DNA from: Candidatus Blackallbacteria bacterium
GTDB taxonomy: Bacteria; Cyanobacteriota; Sericytochromatia; UBA7694
NCBI GenBank assembly: GCA_051715345.1
Contig: JBPXJQ010000003.1
Location: 1,261 to 65,260, forward strand
Direction: 5' to 3'
Length of the DNA: 64,000 nucleotides
Shown here: positions 45,473-54,042 of the stretch, piece by piece
Position numbering within the stretch: the first letter of the stretch is position 1
How the letters are laid out: each line of letters starts with the position of its first letter
Program-made: the position numbers and the translations under genes
Notes under the pieces: model-generated
Databases searched by the model: none
What the model was told of the DNA's origin: nothing
Seen by the model: only the letters and a program-made list of their open reading frames with translations

Positions 45473-46615
45473 ATGTCATCACTTACCGAAACCCGCATCT
45501 TTAACCAACCCGACACGGTGGTTGAGTCCTGGTATTGGGCGTTTAAATCTTCAGATCTCAAAAAAGGGCAAATCAAACCCCTCAATTTCCTGGGCCAGGA
45601 ACTGGCCGTCTACAGAGGCGAAGATGGCGTGGTCAGAGCCGTCGAAGCCTATTGCCCACATATGGGTGCCCATCTGGCCGAAGGAAAAGTCGACGGCAAA
45701 GGCGTGCGCTGCTTTTTTCATGCCTGGAAATTCGACGAAAGCGGCGAATTGGTGGACATTCCCTGCCGCAAATCCCCCGGCATTCAAGAAAAGATCAAAC
45801 TCTTCCCGGTCTGTGAACAATACGGCGTAATCTGGATTTATACCGGCGAGACCCCCAGCCACCCCGTGCACTTTGTGCCCGAACTCGAAGGTGTCGAAGT
45901 GGCCCATGCCTTTGGCAATCAATTTGTCAAAGAATGCCACCCCAATGTGGTGATGATCAACGCGATTGATGCCCACCACTTTACCTCTGTGCACCACCTG
46001 CCCGTGAACGTGCAGTTTGAAACCATCCCGCTCAGCCCGCATACGATCCAATTTAACAACACCACCCATATGCCCCAAAGCAAGTGGTACCTGCGCTTTT
46101 TTAGCAAATTTTATGCCGGCCCGCTGACCTATTCAATGGCATATACCGCTGGCAGCACAGGTTCTGTCACCGTTGGCCCAGATTTCTTGCACTGCCACAT
46201 CATCTTTGCCCTGCGCCCCAATGCCCAGGGCCACGCCGAAGGCCTGACCATTTTACTCACCCCCACGGGCGCTCACAAAAACAAATTGGGCTGGCTGAAT
46301 ATCTTTAATCCGATCATTCTCTTTGCCACCAAACTCGTGGGCAATTATTTCGCCGGCGGCGATACCGAGGTCTTTAAAACGATCAAGTTTAAATTCAACC
46401 GCCCAATCAAAGAGGATTCTTCGATTATCAAGTTCATGCAGCACCTGGAAAAACAAAAAACAGCCCGCTGGGGCTTTGGCAACAAAATGACGGGAGAAAC
46501 CCCACTGCCCCTGCATCAAGAGGCCCTGGACGCCCCCGCAGAGTCTCTGCTCGACAATATTATCGACATCAATACCCGCGAAGAAAACAAGCGCAGCCAG
46601 AAAGTGGCCCCATGA
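45473..46615 (+). CDS. Rieske 2Fe-2S non-heme-iron oxygenase (paralogue of 48338..49504)
   Basis: CPHMGAHLAEGKVDGKGVRCFFH Rieske motif. Mononuclear iron motif NAIDAHHFTSVH (D-x2-H-x4-H). ATG 45473 is preferred over TTG 45389. Confidence 0.85.
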   Translation: MSSLTETRIFNQPDTVVESWYWAFKSSDLKKGQIKPLNFLGQELAVYRGEDGVVRAVEAYCPHMGAHLAEGKVDGKGVRCFFHAWKFDESGELVDIPCRKSPGIQEKIKLFPVCEQYGVIWIYTGETPSHPVHFVPELEGVEVAHAFGNQFVKECHPNVVMINAIDAHHFTSVHHLPVNVQFETIPLSPHTIQFNNTTHMPQSKWYLRFFSKFYAGPLTYSMAYTAGSTGSVTVGPDFLHCHIIFALRPNAQGHAEGLTILLTPTGAHKNKLGWLNIFNPIILFATKLVGNYFAGGDTEVFKTIKFKFNRPIKEDSSIIKFMQHLEKQKTARWGFGNKMTGETPLPLHQEALDAPAESLLDNIIDINTREENKRSQKVAP

Positions 46616-47430
46616 AAAAACTCAAAGCCTTTGGCTACGCCGTCTCCGACTTAAGTACAGAGCAAATCGAAAGCATGTTTCAGCTCTTTGCTGAGTATTA
46701 TGCCAACGTGACCTACGAACAATTCCGCAAAGACCTGAGCCAAAAAGACCATGTCTTTGTGCTCAAAGACAAAGCCACCCTGGAGATCAAGGGCTTTTCC
46801 ACGATTGTGGCGTTGAACTCCACGGTCAATGGCAAACCCGTGCGCGGCTTCTTCAGCGGCGATACGGTCGTCGATCGCGAGTATTGGGGCCAGGGCACCT
46901 TGGGGGTGGCCTTTCTCAAATTTCTGTTTTTGCACAAATTGCGCAAACCCTTTGAACCGCTCTATTGGTTTTTGATCTCCAAAGGCTACAAGACCTATCT
47001 GCTGATGGCGAATAATTTTCAGACCCATTATCCGCGCTGTGAAAAACCCACCCCGCCTGAAATTCAGACCCTGATCAACACCTTCAGCACGACCCTCTAT
47101 GGCGATTGTTATTATGCCGATCGCGGGGTGATCAGTTTCGCGGGCCAGCAATCACATATCAAAGATGCGCTCAAAGAAGACATCACCCCGATCAGCGAAG
47201 ACCTGCTGAAAAACCCACGTGTGGCCTTCTTTGCAGAAAAAAACCCCCAGTGGGACCAGGGCGACGAATTGGCCTGTGTGGCTCTGATGACCTTCAGCAT
47301 GCCCTTTTATTACCAACTCAAAACCTTTAAAAAGCTGGCCCAGCGCGCCTTCAGCGGCAAAAAAGCCCGCAGCGAAAAACCCCGCAATACGGGATCGCTC
47401 GACCCGGCCCAGGAAGGCGCAAGGCCTTGA
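46612..47430 (+). CDS. GNAT-like acyl/acetyltransferase
   Basis: 272 aa with an ATGA overlap to the upstream Rieske gene. REYWGQGTLG resembles GNAT motif A (R/Q-x-x-G-x-G/A). The family call is tentative. Confidence 0.55.
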   Translation: MKKLKAFGYAVSDLSTEQIESMFQLFAEYYANVTYEQFRKDLSQKDHVFVLKDKATLEIKGFSTIVALNSTVNGKPVRGFFSGDTVVDREYWGQGTLGVAFLKFLFLHKLRKPFEPLYWFLISKGYKTYLLMANNFQTHYPRCEKPTPPEIQTLINTFSTTLYGDCYYADRGVISFAGQQSHIKDALKEDITPISEDLLKNPRVAFFAEKNPQWDQGDELACVALMTFSMPFYYQLKTFKKLAQRAFSGKKARSEKPRNTGSLDPAQEGARP

Positions 47431-47435
47431 ATGAC

Positions 47436-48320
47436 ATGCTTTTTAGCGCCACCCTTGAAAATTCGCTGAGCAAAACCCACGTCCCCAGCAACCGCGAAGT
47501 CGAACAAATTCTGACCCGCAAACTCTCACACATCGCCCCGGAGCCAAATTTTGCAGGTCTTTGGGATCTCAACGATCACCGTTTGGGCCACGTATCGCAG
47601 GTTCTTTCTGCCTCACAAGACACCCGCCAAGCGATTTTGACTGACTTGGCCCAGGGCCGCTTTCGTGAGGCCTACGGGATCGAAAAAGCGGGCATGAGCT
47701 TTGCCGCCAAAATGAGTTTGCTGGCCCAGAGCCTCAACGAACAAAAGCTCTATTCGCTCTTTGCCTCGGAAGAGGCGGCCCATTTTCACTTTATTCAAGC
47801 GGTCTTGGGTGATCCCCCCGATCTGTCAAAAGACCCGTTTATTCAGTTTTTAAATGAGCTGATCATCTCTGCCGAGCGCCGCCCGCTGCTGTTTATTATC
47901 CAGGTCGTGCTTGAAGGCTGGGGTCTCGACCATTATGCAGGCATGCTCAAAAGCTGCAAACAGGCCAGCTTTAAAGGGCCCTTGCAGCAGATTCTCAGCG
48001 ACGAAGCCGCCCACCATGGCAGCGGCCTCTCACTCTTTCAAGAAGACGAATTGAGTCAGTCTGAACTCAAATACACCTTGGAGATGATAAGTGCCTTCTT
48101 GGACATGGTGCGGATCGGCCCTGTCGGCCTGATGCAGACCCTCGACAGCCATCTCGGTGGCTTAACCACAGCACAAAAGCAAGCGGTGCTGACAGAGATG
48201 GACGCCGTTGAAGACACCACGCGCAAATTGAATCTGCTCAAAGGGCTGATGCAAAAGGCCCAGGCCAAGCGGATTCTGGCTGAGTTAGAGGCGAAATCGG
48301 CCTTCGCGCTGCTGTTTTAG
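47436..48320 (+). CDS. Ferritin-like diiron (ExxH x2) oxygenase-like protein
   Basis: Two E-x-x-H motifs in helical context (SEEAAHFHF and SDEAAHHGS) with upstream acidic residues. The start is either ATG 47436 or TTG 47427, which overlaps the upstream stop. Confidence 0.6.
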   Translation: MLFSATLENSLSKTHVPSNREVEQILTRKLSHIAPEPNFAGLWDLNDHRLGHVSQVLSASQDTRQAILTDLAQGRFREAYGIEKAGMSFAAKMSLLAQSLNEQKLYSLFASEEAAHFHFIQAVLGDPPDLSKDPFIQFLNELIISAERRPLLFIIQVVLEGWGLDHYAGMLKSCKQASFKGPLQQILSDEAAHHGSGLSLFQEDELSQSELKYTLEMISAFLDMVRIGPVGLMQTLDSHLGGLTTAQKQAVLTEMDAVEDTTRKLNLLKGLMQKAQAKRILAELEAKSAFALLF

Positions 48321-48337
48321 GCCAACATCACTAGAAG

Positions 48338-49504
48338 CTAATTCTCGCTCTCAACCACGGGCACAGGCCGCTCTGCCGCCATCGGCAAAGCCGTTTGGTC
48401 CCCATTGCCCGGCGCAGGTGCATAACTCTGGCTCCAGGGCGAGGCCTTGAGGCGGTTGATATACCTTAAATATTTGGCCACAGGCGCATCCATGCCCAAT
48501 AAATTGCGGGTATTAAAGCGGATATTTTCGTAGATCTGGCCATCTTCGCCCTGCAAGGAGAAAAAGGCCCGCTTGGTAAAAAACAGGCAGAGCCAAGTGG
48601 CAATCGCCCCACGCAGGCCCTCGCGCTTTTTCGTGACATAAATCGGCTGAACCAGCGTTTGGCCGGGGGCCACCATTTGGTAGGCAAAGAACATATACAA
48701 TTCGGGCAAAAGGCCCGCTTTGCCAAAGAAACTCACATCCCGCATCAGGGTCAAAGCCGCCAGACAGCCATCGGCATAGGTCATCGAATAGCAATAATTG
48801 GGCCCCAAGACCTTGCGCACGAGCTTTTCAGCAAAGGTCGTGTTGGGCGTTTGGCCCCGCAATTCGATGGTGATCACCCGGTCGTTGTCTTCGATCTGCA
48901 CATCCATGTCCATGTGGATATTGTGAACGGTGCGCAGGTGCTGGGGATCTATGCCGTTGATCATCGTGATGTGGAAATGGCATTTGCGCGTATACATTTT
49001 GCCATGCTGAAAGCTCACTTCTTGGCCTTCGAGGGCGGGAATCTCCAGCACATGGCTGGGGGTGTTGGGGTCGGGGTGCACCCAGACAAAGCCATATTTT
49101 TCTTCGCAGGCATAGGTCTGCAAACAGGCGGTTTTGGGAATCTCTTTTTGGATCGGGATATGTTGGCAGCGGCCATCGCTGCCGTATTCCCAGTGGTGAA
49201 AAAAGCAGCGCACGCGGTCGTTGACCACTTTGCCAATGCCAAGATCGACGCCCATGTGGGGGCAAAAGCCGTCCATGGCATGCACTTCGCCTTTGGAATT
49301 GCGGAAGACGCAGATTCTCTGACCGGCCAGATCCCGCGTCAGAACCTGGTTGAGCCCCAACTCCGAGGCGGCACAGAGAATATACCAGCCCTCGGTGACA
49401 ATCTCCCAATTGTTGAAGATTTTGTGCCGGGCCTGGGGCTGGGTATGGATATTCTGGTGTTCGGTGCGCCGTTCTGGTCGCCGCTGATGGGGTGTTTGGT
49501 TCAT
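48338..49504 (-). CDS. Rieske 2Fe-2S non-heme-iron oxygenase (paralogue of 45473..46615)
   Basis: CPHMGVDLGIGKVVNDRVRCFFH. Iron motif NGIDPQHLRTVH. Convergent with the diiron gene (17-nt gap). Confidence 0.85.
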   Translation of the reverse strand: MNQTPHQRRPERRTEHQNIHTQPQARHKIFNNWEIVTEGWYILCAASELGLNQVLTRDLAGQRICVFRNSKGEVHAMDGFCPHMGVDLGIGKVVNDRVRCFFHHWEYGSDGRCQHIPIQKEIPKTACLQTYACEEKYGFVWVHPDPNTPSHVLEIPALEGQEVSFQHGKMYTRKCHFHITMINGIDPQHLRTVHNIHMDMDVQIEDNDRVITIELRGQTPNTTFAEKLVRKVLGPNYCYSMTYADGCLAALTLMRDVSFFGKAGLLPELYMFFAYQMVAPGQTLVQPIYVTKKREGLRGAIATWLCLFFTKRAFFSLQGEDGQIYENIRFNTRNLLGMDAPVAKYLRYINRLKASPWSQSYAPAPGNGDQTALPMAAERPVPVVESEN

Positions 49505-49597
49505 ATTTGGTTGATGGTGTTTTCCTGGCTACATTATAGCCTGTTGGCAGCGGCCACCTGCGTGATTTTCTGGAGAGCCCGCCAAAAATCCGCTAAA

Positions 49598-50146
49598 ATG
49601 ATACAAACAGGATTGCGAGGTATCGTAAAGATGCTGATGGATAAAAAAACAATGGGCACCGCCGAAGTGATCGGTGGCATGGGGTTGCTGCTGCTGGGTC
49701 ACAAACTCAAAGGATTGGGCATGTTTGCCCATGGTTTTACGGCCCTCGAAGAACTCTACCGCGAAGCCCATCCCGAGCTCAAACCCGGCTTGCAGGCCCG
49801 CTGGGAAAAAGCCACTGAATTTTACGAAGCCAACCATCAGAACGAAACCAACCGCACCTTGCACCGCCTGGGCATCCCGTTGATTGTCGGTGGCGCTTTG
49901 GGCCTTTTGGTCAGCAAACCCCACCGCCTGCCGTGGATGGTCTCTGCTGCGGCCTTTGCGGGCGGCTGGGCCTCAAATATTATTGGCCACAGCGTCTACG
50001 AGAAAAATGCCCCGGCTTTTACCGAAGATCCGCTTTCGTTTATTGCCGGGCCTGTTTGGGACATTCAACAGATGATGGCCCTTTCAAACGCCCAACAAAA
50101 AGGCCGCATCGAAGAGCGGGTCACCGTGGAAGTTGAAAATGCCTGA
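49598..50146 (+). CDS. DUF962 / Mpo1-like membrane protein (family of Fe(II)-dependent 2-hydroxy fatty acid dioxygenase)
   Basis: Only the 3' third of the 495-aa ORF-track entry is taken as real. Motifs NHQNETNRTLHRLGIPLIV and IGHSVYEKNAPAFTEDPLSFIAGPVWD. The start could also be ATG 49631. Confidence 0.6.
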   Translation: MIQTGLRGIVKMLMDKKTMGTAEVIGGMGLLLLGHKLKGLGMFAHGFTALEELYREAHPELKPGLQARWEKATEFYEANHQNETNRTLHRLGIPLIVGGALGLLVSKPHRLPWMVSAAAFAGGWASNIIGHSVYEKNAPAFTEDPLSFIAGPVWDIQQMMALSNAQQKGRIEERVTVEVENA

Positions 50147-50654
50147 GCAAGTGCCCAAGCAAGTGCCCAAGCAAGTGCCGGATCAAGTGCCGGATCAAGT
50201 GCATAAGCAAGTGCCCTCGGTCCACAAAGACAACCCCTTCTTTCAAGCGCGGGTCGAAAACTCCCGCACCCGCGTGGTCAAAATTGTCTTTCCCAAAGAC
50301 ACCAATAACTTCGATACCCTGTTTGGGGGCACGGCCCTGCAGTGGATGGATGAAGTGGCAGCCATTGCCTCGATGCGTTTCTCGCGCCAACAGACTGTGA
50401 CCATTTCGCTGGATGCCATCACGTTTAAAAAAGCCATTCCCTCCGCCAATTTTGTCGAATTGGTGGCAGAGGTCGTGGAGGTGGGGCGCACCAGCATGAA
50501 AATCCAGGTCGATGTCTATCTCGAACCCATGGACCAGGATATTCGCATCAAAGCGATCCACGGCTGTTTTACCTTTGTGGCGATCAATGCCGAGCGGCAG
50601 CCGATCGCAATAGAATGGGACAAACCTTTACCAGAGGCAATAAGACATGAGTAG
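50139..50654 (+). CDS. Hotdog-fold acyl-CoA thioesterase (YciA/ACOT-like) with a QVPx repeat N-terminus
   Basis: VVKIVFPKDTNNFDTLFGGTALQWMDEVAAIASMRF, VTISLDAITFKKAIP and GRTSMKIQVDVY. ATG 50139 overlaps the upstream stop (ATGCCTGA). Confidence 0.75.
   Translation: MPEQVPKQVPKQVPDQVPDQVHKQVPSVHKDNPFFQARVENSRTRVVKIVFPKDTNNFDTLFGGTALQWMDEVAAIASMRFSRQQTVTISLDAITFKKAIPSANFVELVAEVVEVGRTSMKIQVDVYLEPMDQDIRIKAIHGCFTFVAINAERQPIAIEWDKPLPEAIRHE
50148..50219 (+). repeat. Six tandem 12-nt units (CAAGTGCCNNNN) encoding QVPK-QVPK-QVPD-QVPD-QVHK-QVPS
   Basis: Read directly from the sequence: caagtgcccaag x2, caagtgccggat x2, caagtgcataag, caagtgccctcg. Confidence 0.9.
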
Positions 50655-52761
50655 CATTCAAGAGGGCATTCAAGCCAAAAAAATCTCCGAAATTCGGCAT
50701 TTAATGAATACGGGCAACCTCCCCGAGGCCTTTTTGCGCTGCCAGAAGTTTGTGGATAAATACCCTCAAATCCACACAGGTTGGTACCTGATGGGGCTGG
50801 TGGCCGAACAACAGGGCGACCTGCACGCCGCCGAGGTGGCCTGGGAAACGACCTTGCTGGTCAAACCCGAAGATGCCTTGACCCATTTTAAACTGGGTAT
50901 GTTGCTGCAGAGCCAAGGGCCCACCGATCGCTCACTCAAACACCTGCAGGCCGCACGGGCCTTTGCCCCTGAAGAATCTGTGTATACCCGTACCCTGGCC
51001 CGTGTGCACATGATGTTGGGCAATAACGAGGACCTGATACTCTATGCCCGCGCCCTGTTGGAGCAAAATCCCAAAGACGGGGACGCCTTCTTTTTGCTGG
51101 GCGCGGGACTCCATCTTTCAGGCAAATACGCCGATGCCGAACTGGCCCTCAAACAGGCCAGCGAATACGACCCCAGCCACGTCTCAGCTTCGTTTCAATT
51201 GGGTTTGGTGCAGCTGGAGCGCCAAGAGCTGTCTGAGGCTGTCAGCAGCTTTGAAAGAACCCTGCAAGTCAGCCAAGGACAAGGGGTACAGGCCTCTTGG
51301 CTGGCCCGCGTTTGGGCCCTGCTGGGCCGGGCTTACCAGCTTCAGGGCCAAGTCGGCCCCGCCGCAGAAGCCTGGCAATCGGCCCTCAAACTCTGGCCCG
51401 ACGGCCTGGCCTGTACCGGCCTCTCACTGCAATTGCCCGCTGTCTACCAAAAAGCCGAAGACATCCCAACCTGGCGCAAAAACTTTATCACAGGGATCGA
51501 AACCCTCGAAGCCAAAGCCCGCGAGATCAGCACCCCGCTGGGTGAACACCTGCTGCCGCCCTTCGACCTGAGCCTGATGGGCCAAGCAGATTTGGCACTT
51601 AAACAGCGCGTGGGCAGCTTTTACCAAAGTTATTTAAGCGACAAAACAGAGCCCACAGGCAGCCAGAAAAACAGCCTAACGGTGGTCTGGCTCGGTATCA
51701 GCGCCCTCTGGGAACCGGCCCTGATGGCGCTGGTCAAAGCCCTCAATCCGCTCTTGCCAGTGACGGTTTTAACCAGCGAAGCGAATCTGGCCGAACGTCT
51801 GCTCAAAGCGGGTCTAACCGTTCAGCCCGTGCCTTATTTGCGCGAAAATATTAAACAGGCCTTGCTCTACAGCAAACCCGATCACCTGCTCTATCTCGAT
51901 CTGCGCAACCCGCTGGCGTATAGCTTGGCCTTGGAAAAACTCGCGCCGGTTCAGAGCGTGCTCTGTTTGCAGCCCGAGAGTTCGGGTTTAAACACCCTTG
52001 ATTATTTTTTCTCAGCGGCCGCCCTTGAACCGGCCCAGGCCGAAGCACAGTACAGCGAAACCCTGGTCAAGCTCAAAAACTGGCCGATTCTACCCTCGCT
52101 GCCTGCTCTGCCCGCCTGGAAAAGCAAGCGCGATCTGCGTCTAACAGAGTTGGGTACCATTTATCTCTGCCCCGTTGAGAGCAATAAAATTCACCCTGAC
52201 TTTGACCCTGTCCTGCAGGCCATTCTCGAAAAAGACCGCAAGGCCTTCCTGTATTTTCTTTACCGCGAAGGGGACGTGGCCCATACCTATCTGCAGCAAC
52301 GGCTGCAAGAGCGTCTGGGGGCCCGTGCTGACAAAGCCAAATTTGTCAGTTGGGCCCATACCGAAGAATTGCTGCAGTATTTACACCGTGCCGATGTGGT
52401 GCTGGATACCCCCTATTCTGGCGGCCGCAGCCTGATCGGCTGGGCCATGGGCCTGGGTGTGCCCGTGATCAGCCTCGAAGGCCCTGCCCAACAGAGCCGC
52501 TGGGGCAGCAGTTTGAATAGAGCCCTGGGTCATCCTGAGTTCAATGCAGACAGCCTGGAAAAATACCCAGGCATCGCCTGTACACACGCCAGCGCGGGGC
52601 CCCAGCGTGTTATTCTGAAAGCGAGTCTGACAGAGCGCTATTCCCAGCTCTGGAACCCCAGTCAGGCCGCCCAAGAGATTGTGGCCTTTCTGAGCCCAAA
52701 ACCAGCAGATCAGAATGCGGCTGCCCCGACAGAGACCGACCAAGACGAAGAACAAGGATAA
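50647..52761 (+). CDS. TPR-repeat protein with C-terminal GT41 (SPINDLY/OGT-like) glycosyltransferase domain
   Basis: N-terminal TPRs over about 250 aa. C-terminal half with GT41-like blocks (LAPVQSVLCLQPESSGLNTLDYFFS, YSETLVKL, DVVLDTPYSGGRSLIGWAMGLGVPVISLEG). The start overlaps the thioesterase stop by 8 nt. Confidence 0.75.
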   Translation: MSSIQEGIQAKKISEIRHLMNTGNLPEAFLRCQKFVDKYPQIHTGWYLMGLVAEQQGDLHAAEVAWETTLLVKPEDALTHFKLGMLLQSQGPTDRSLKHLQAARAFAPEESVYTRTLARVHMMLGNNEDLILYARALLEQNPKDGDAFFLLGAGLHLSGKYADAELALKQASEYDPSHVSASFQLGLVQLERQELSEAVSSFERTLQVSQGQGVQASWLARVWALLGRAYQLQGQVGPAAEAWQSALKLWPDGLACTGLSLQLPAVYQKAEDIPTWRKNFITGIETLEAKAREISTPLGEHLLPPFDLSLMGQADLALKQRVGSFYQSYLSDKTEPTGSQKNSLTVVWLGISALWEPALMALVKALNPLLPVTVLTSEANLAERLLKAGLTVQPVPYLRENIKQALLYSKPDHLLYLDLRNPLAYSLALEKLAPVQSVLCLQPESSGLNTLDYFFSAAALEPAQAEAQYSETLVKLKNWPILPSLPALPAWKSKRDLRLTELGTIYLCPVESNKIHPDFDPVLQAILEKDRKAFLYFLYREGDVAHTYLQQRLQERLGARADKAKFVSWAHTEELLQYLHRADVVLDTPYSGGRSLIGWAMGLGVPVISLEGPAQQSRWGSSLNRALGHPEFNADSLEKYPGIACTHASAGPQRVILKASLTERYSQLWNPSQAAQEIVAFLSPKPADQNAAAPTETDQDEEQG

Positions 52762-52765
52762 AGAC

Positions 52766-53797
52766 ATGTCTGAATTGGATCCCAAGATCAAAGAGGCCCA
52801 AGAAGCCCTGAGCCAAGGCAAAAGCGCCGAAACAACCCAGATTTGTGAAGCCTTACTCGCCAGCGACCCCAACAACGCCGAAGCGTGGCATCTCTTGGGA
52901 CTGGTCGCTTACCAGGTCCAAGATTTTAAAACCGCTGAAGAGAAAATCCGCAAAGCGATTGAATTCAAAGCCCAGCCCCATTTTTACAATAATTTGGGCA
53001 ATGTGCTCAGCGACCAGAATCAGAATGACAAGGCCCGCGAAATGTACCAAAGTGCCGTGCGGCTCAATCCGAGCTTCTCGGGGGGTTACAATAATTTGGG
53101 CAATATCTCGCGCAAAATGGGCAAAGTCGAAGAGGCCGTATTTAATTACCAAAAAGCCCTCAAAGCCGATCCCAGCCAACCCGATGCGTATATCAACCTC
53201 GGCAATTTGTTCTTTGATATGGGCCGTTACCCCCAGTCGATCGACAATTATAAAAAGGCCCTGGCGATCAATCCCACCATGGTGCAGGCCCTGAATAATT
53301 TGGGCAGCCTTTACCACCACCAGGGCTTAGGCGAAGAAGCCAGTCAATATTACGCAAAGGCCCTCGAAGCCAATCCCGACTTTATTCCCGCCCTGTTTAA
53401 TCTGGCCCATCTCAAACGCGAACAGGGCTTTATCGACGAAGCCCTCGCTCTCTACCAGAGATGCATCGACAACAATGCCAATATGTTGGATGCCTATTTG
53501 AATATGTCACGGATTTACCAATTCCAAGGCCAGCCCGATGAGACCGCTCGCTGTTTAAACAAGGTACTGGAACTCAACCCCCAGATTGCCGAAGCAGAAA
53601 ATGGCCTGGCTCTGATTGCGCTGGAGCGCGGCGATAAACAGACGGCCCTGAAACACTTCCACCGCGCCTTTGATATCGAGCCGCAGAACCCCGATGTCTG
53701 TTATAACATGGGCTCGTTGCTGCGCGAATTGGGCCAATTGGAAGCGGCTTCGCACTTTTTGAATATGGCCCTGCAATTGCAGGATGCACACGCTTAG
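52766..53797 (+). CDS. TPR-repeat protein
   Basis: 343 aa from ATG 52766 (AAGGA lies 8 nt upstream). About nine canonical TPRs (for example AWHLLGLVAYQVQDFKTAEEKIRKAIEF and YNNLGNISRKMGKVEEAVFNYQKALKADP). Confidence 0.85.
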   Translation: MSELDPKIKEAQEALSQGKSAETTQICEALLASDPNNAEAWHLLGLVAYQVQDFKTAEEKIRKAIEFKAQPHFYNNLGNVLSDQNQNDKAREMYQSAVRLNPSFSGGYNNLGNISRKMGKVEEAVFNYQKALKADPSQPDAYINLGNLFFDMGRYPQSIDNYKKALAINPTMVQALNNLGSLYHHQGLGEEASQYYAKALEANPDFIPALFNLAHLKREQGFIDEALALYQRCIDNNANMLDAYLNMSRIYQFQGQPDETARCLNKVLELNPQIAEAENGLALIALERGDKQTALKHFHRAFDIEPQNPDVCYNMGSLLRELGQLEAASHFLNMALQLQDAHA

Positions 53798-54042
53798 CTT
53801 TCAACGTGACTGCGCCCCAAAACTTGTCAGTAAACATAAACGGACGAGAAATCGAGGAATCAACAGTTCAGAGCAGGTGAGGCCTTGATTGAGCATCCGG
53901 GCCGCTCACTGCGCCCATCCATGGGCTTCATTCGCTACAGCACCTTCGGTGCTAAGTAAGCGCCTTCTACACATCGCCGATGGCTCTGCTAGAAGCGCTT
54001 AAGAGTCACCCCGCCTTTGTCCCTCCTGGACCGGCGGGGTTC

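Noticed and set aside
48659-49597. 5' two-thirds of the 495-aa plus-strand ORF 48659..50146
   Set aside because: It is antisense to the Rieske gene 48338..49504, whose Rieske and iron motifs are intact. Only the portion from ATG 49598 (DUF962-like motifs) looks like a real gene.
50148-50219. Possible CRISPR-like array (also considered for 25700-25747 and 31521-31580)
   Set aside because: The units are only 12 nt, directly abutting with no spacers, and in frame within coding sequence. No cas genes are present in the window.
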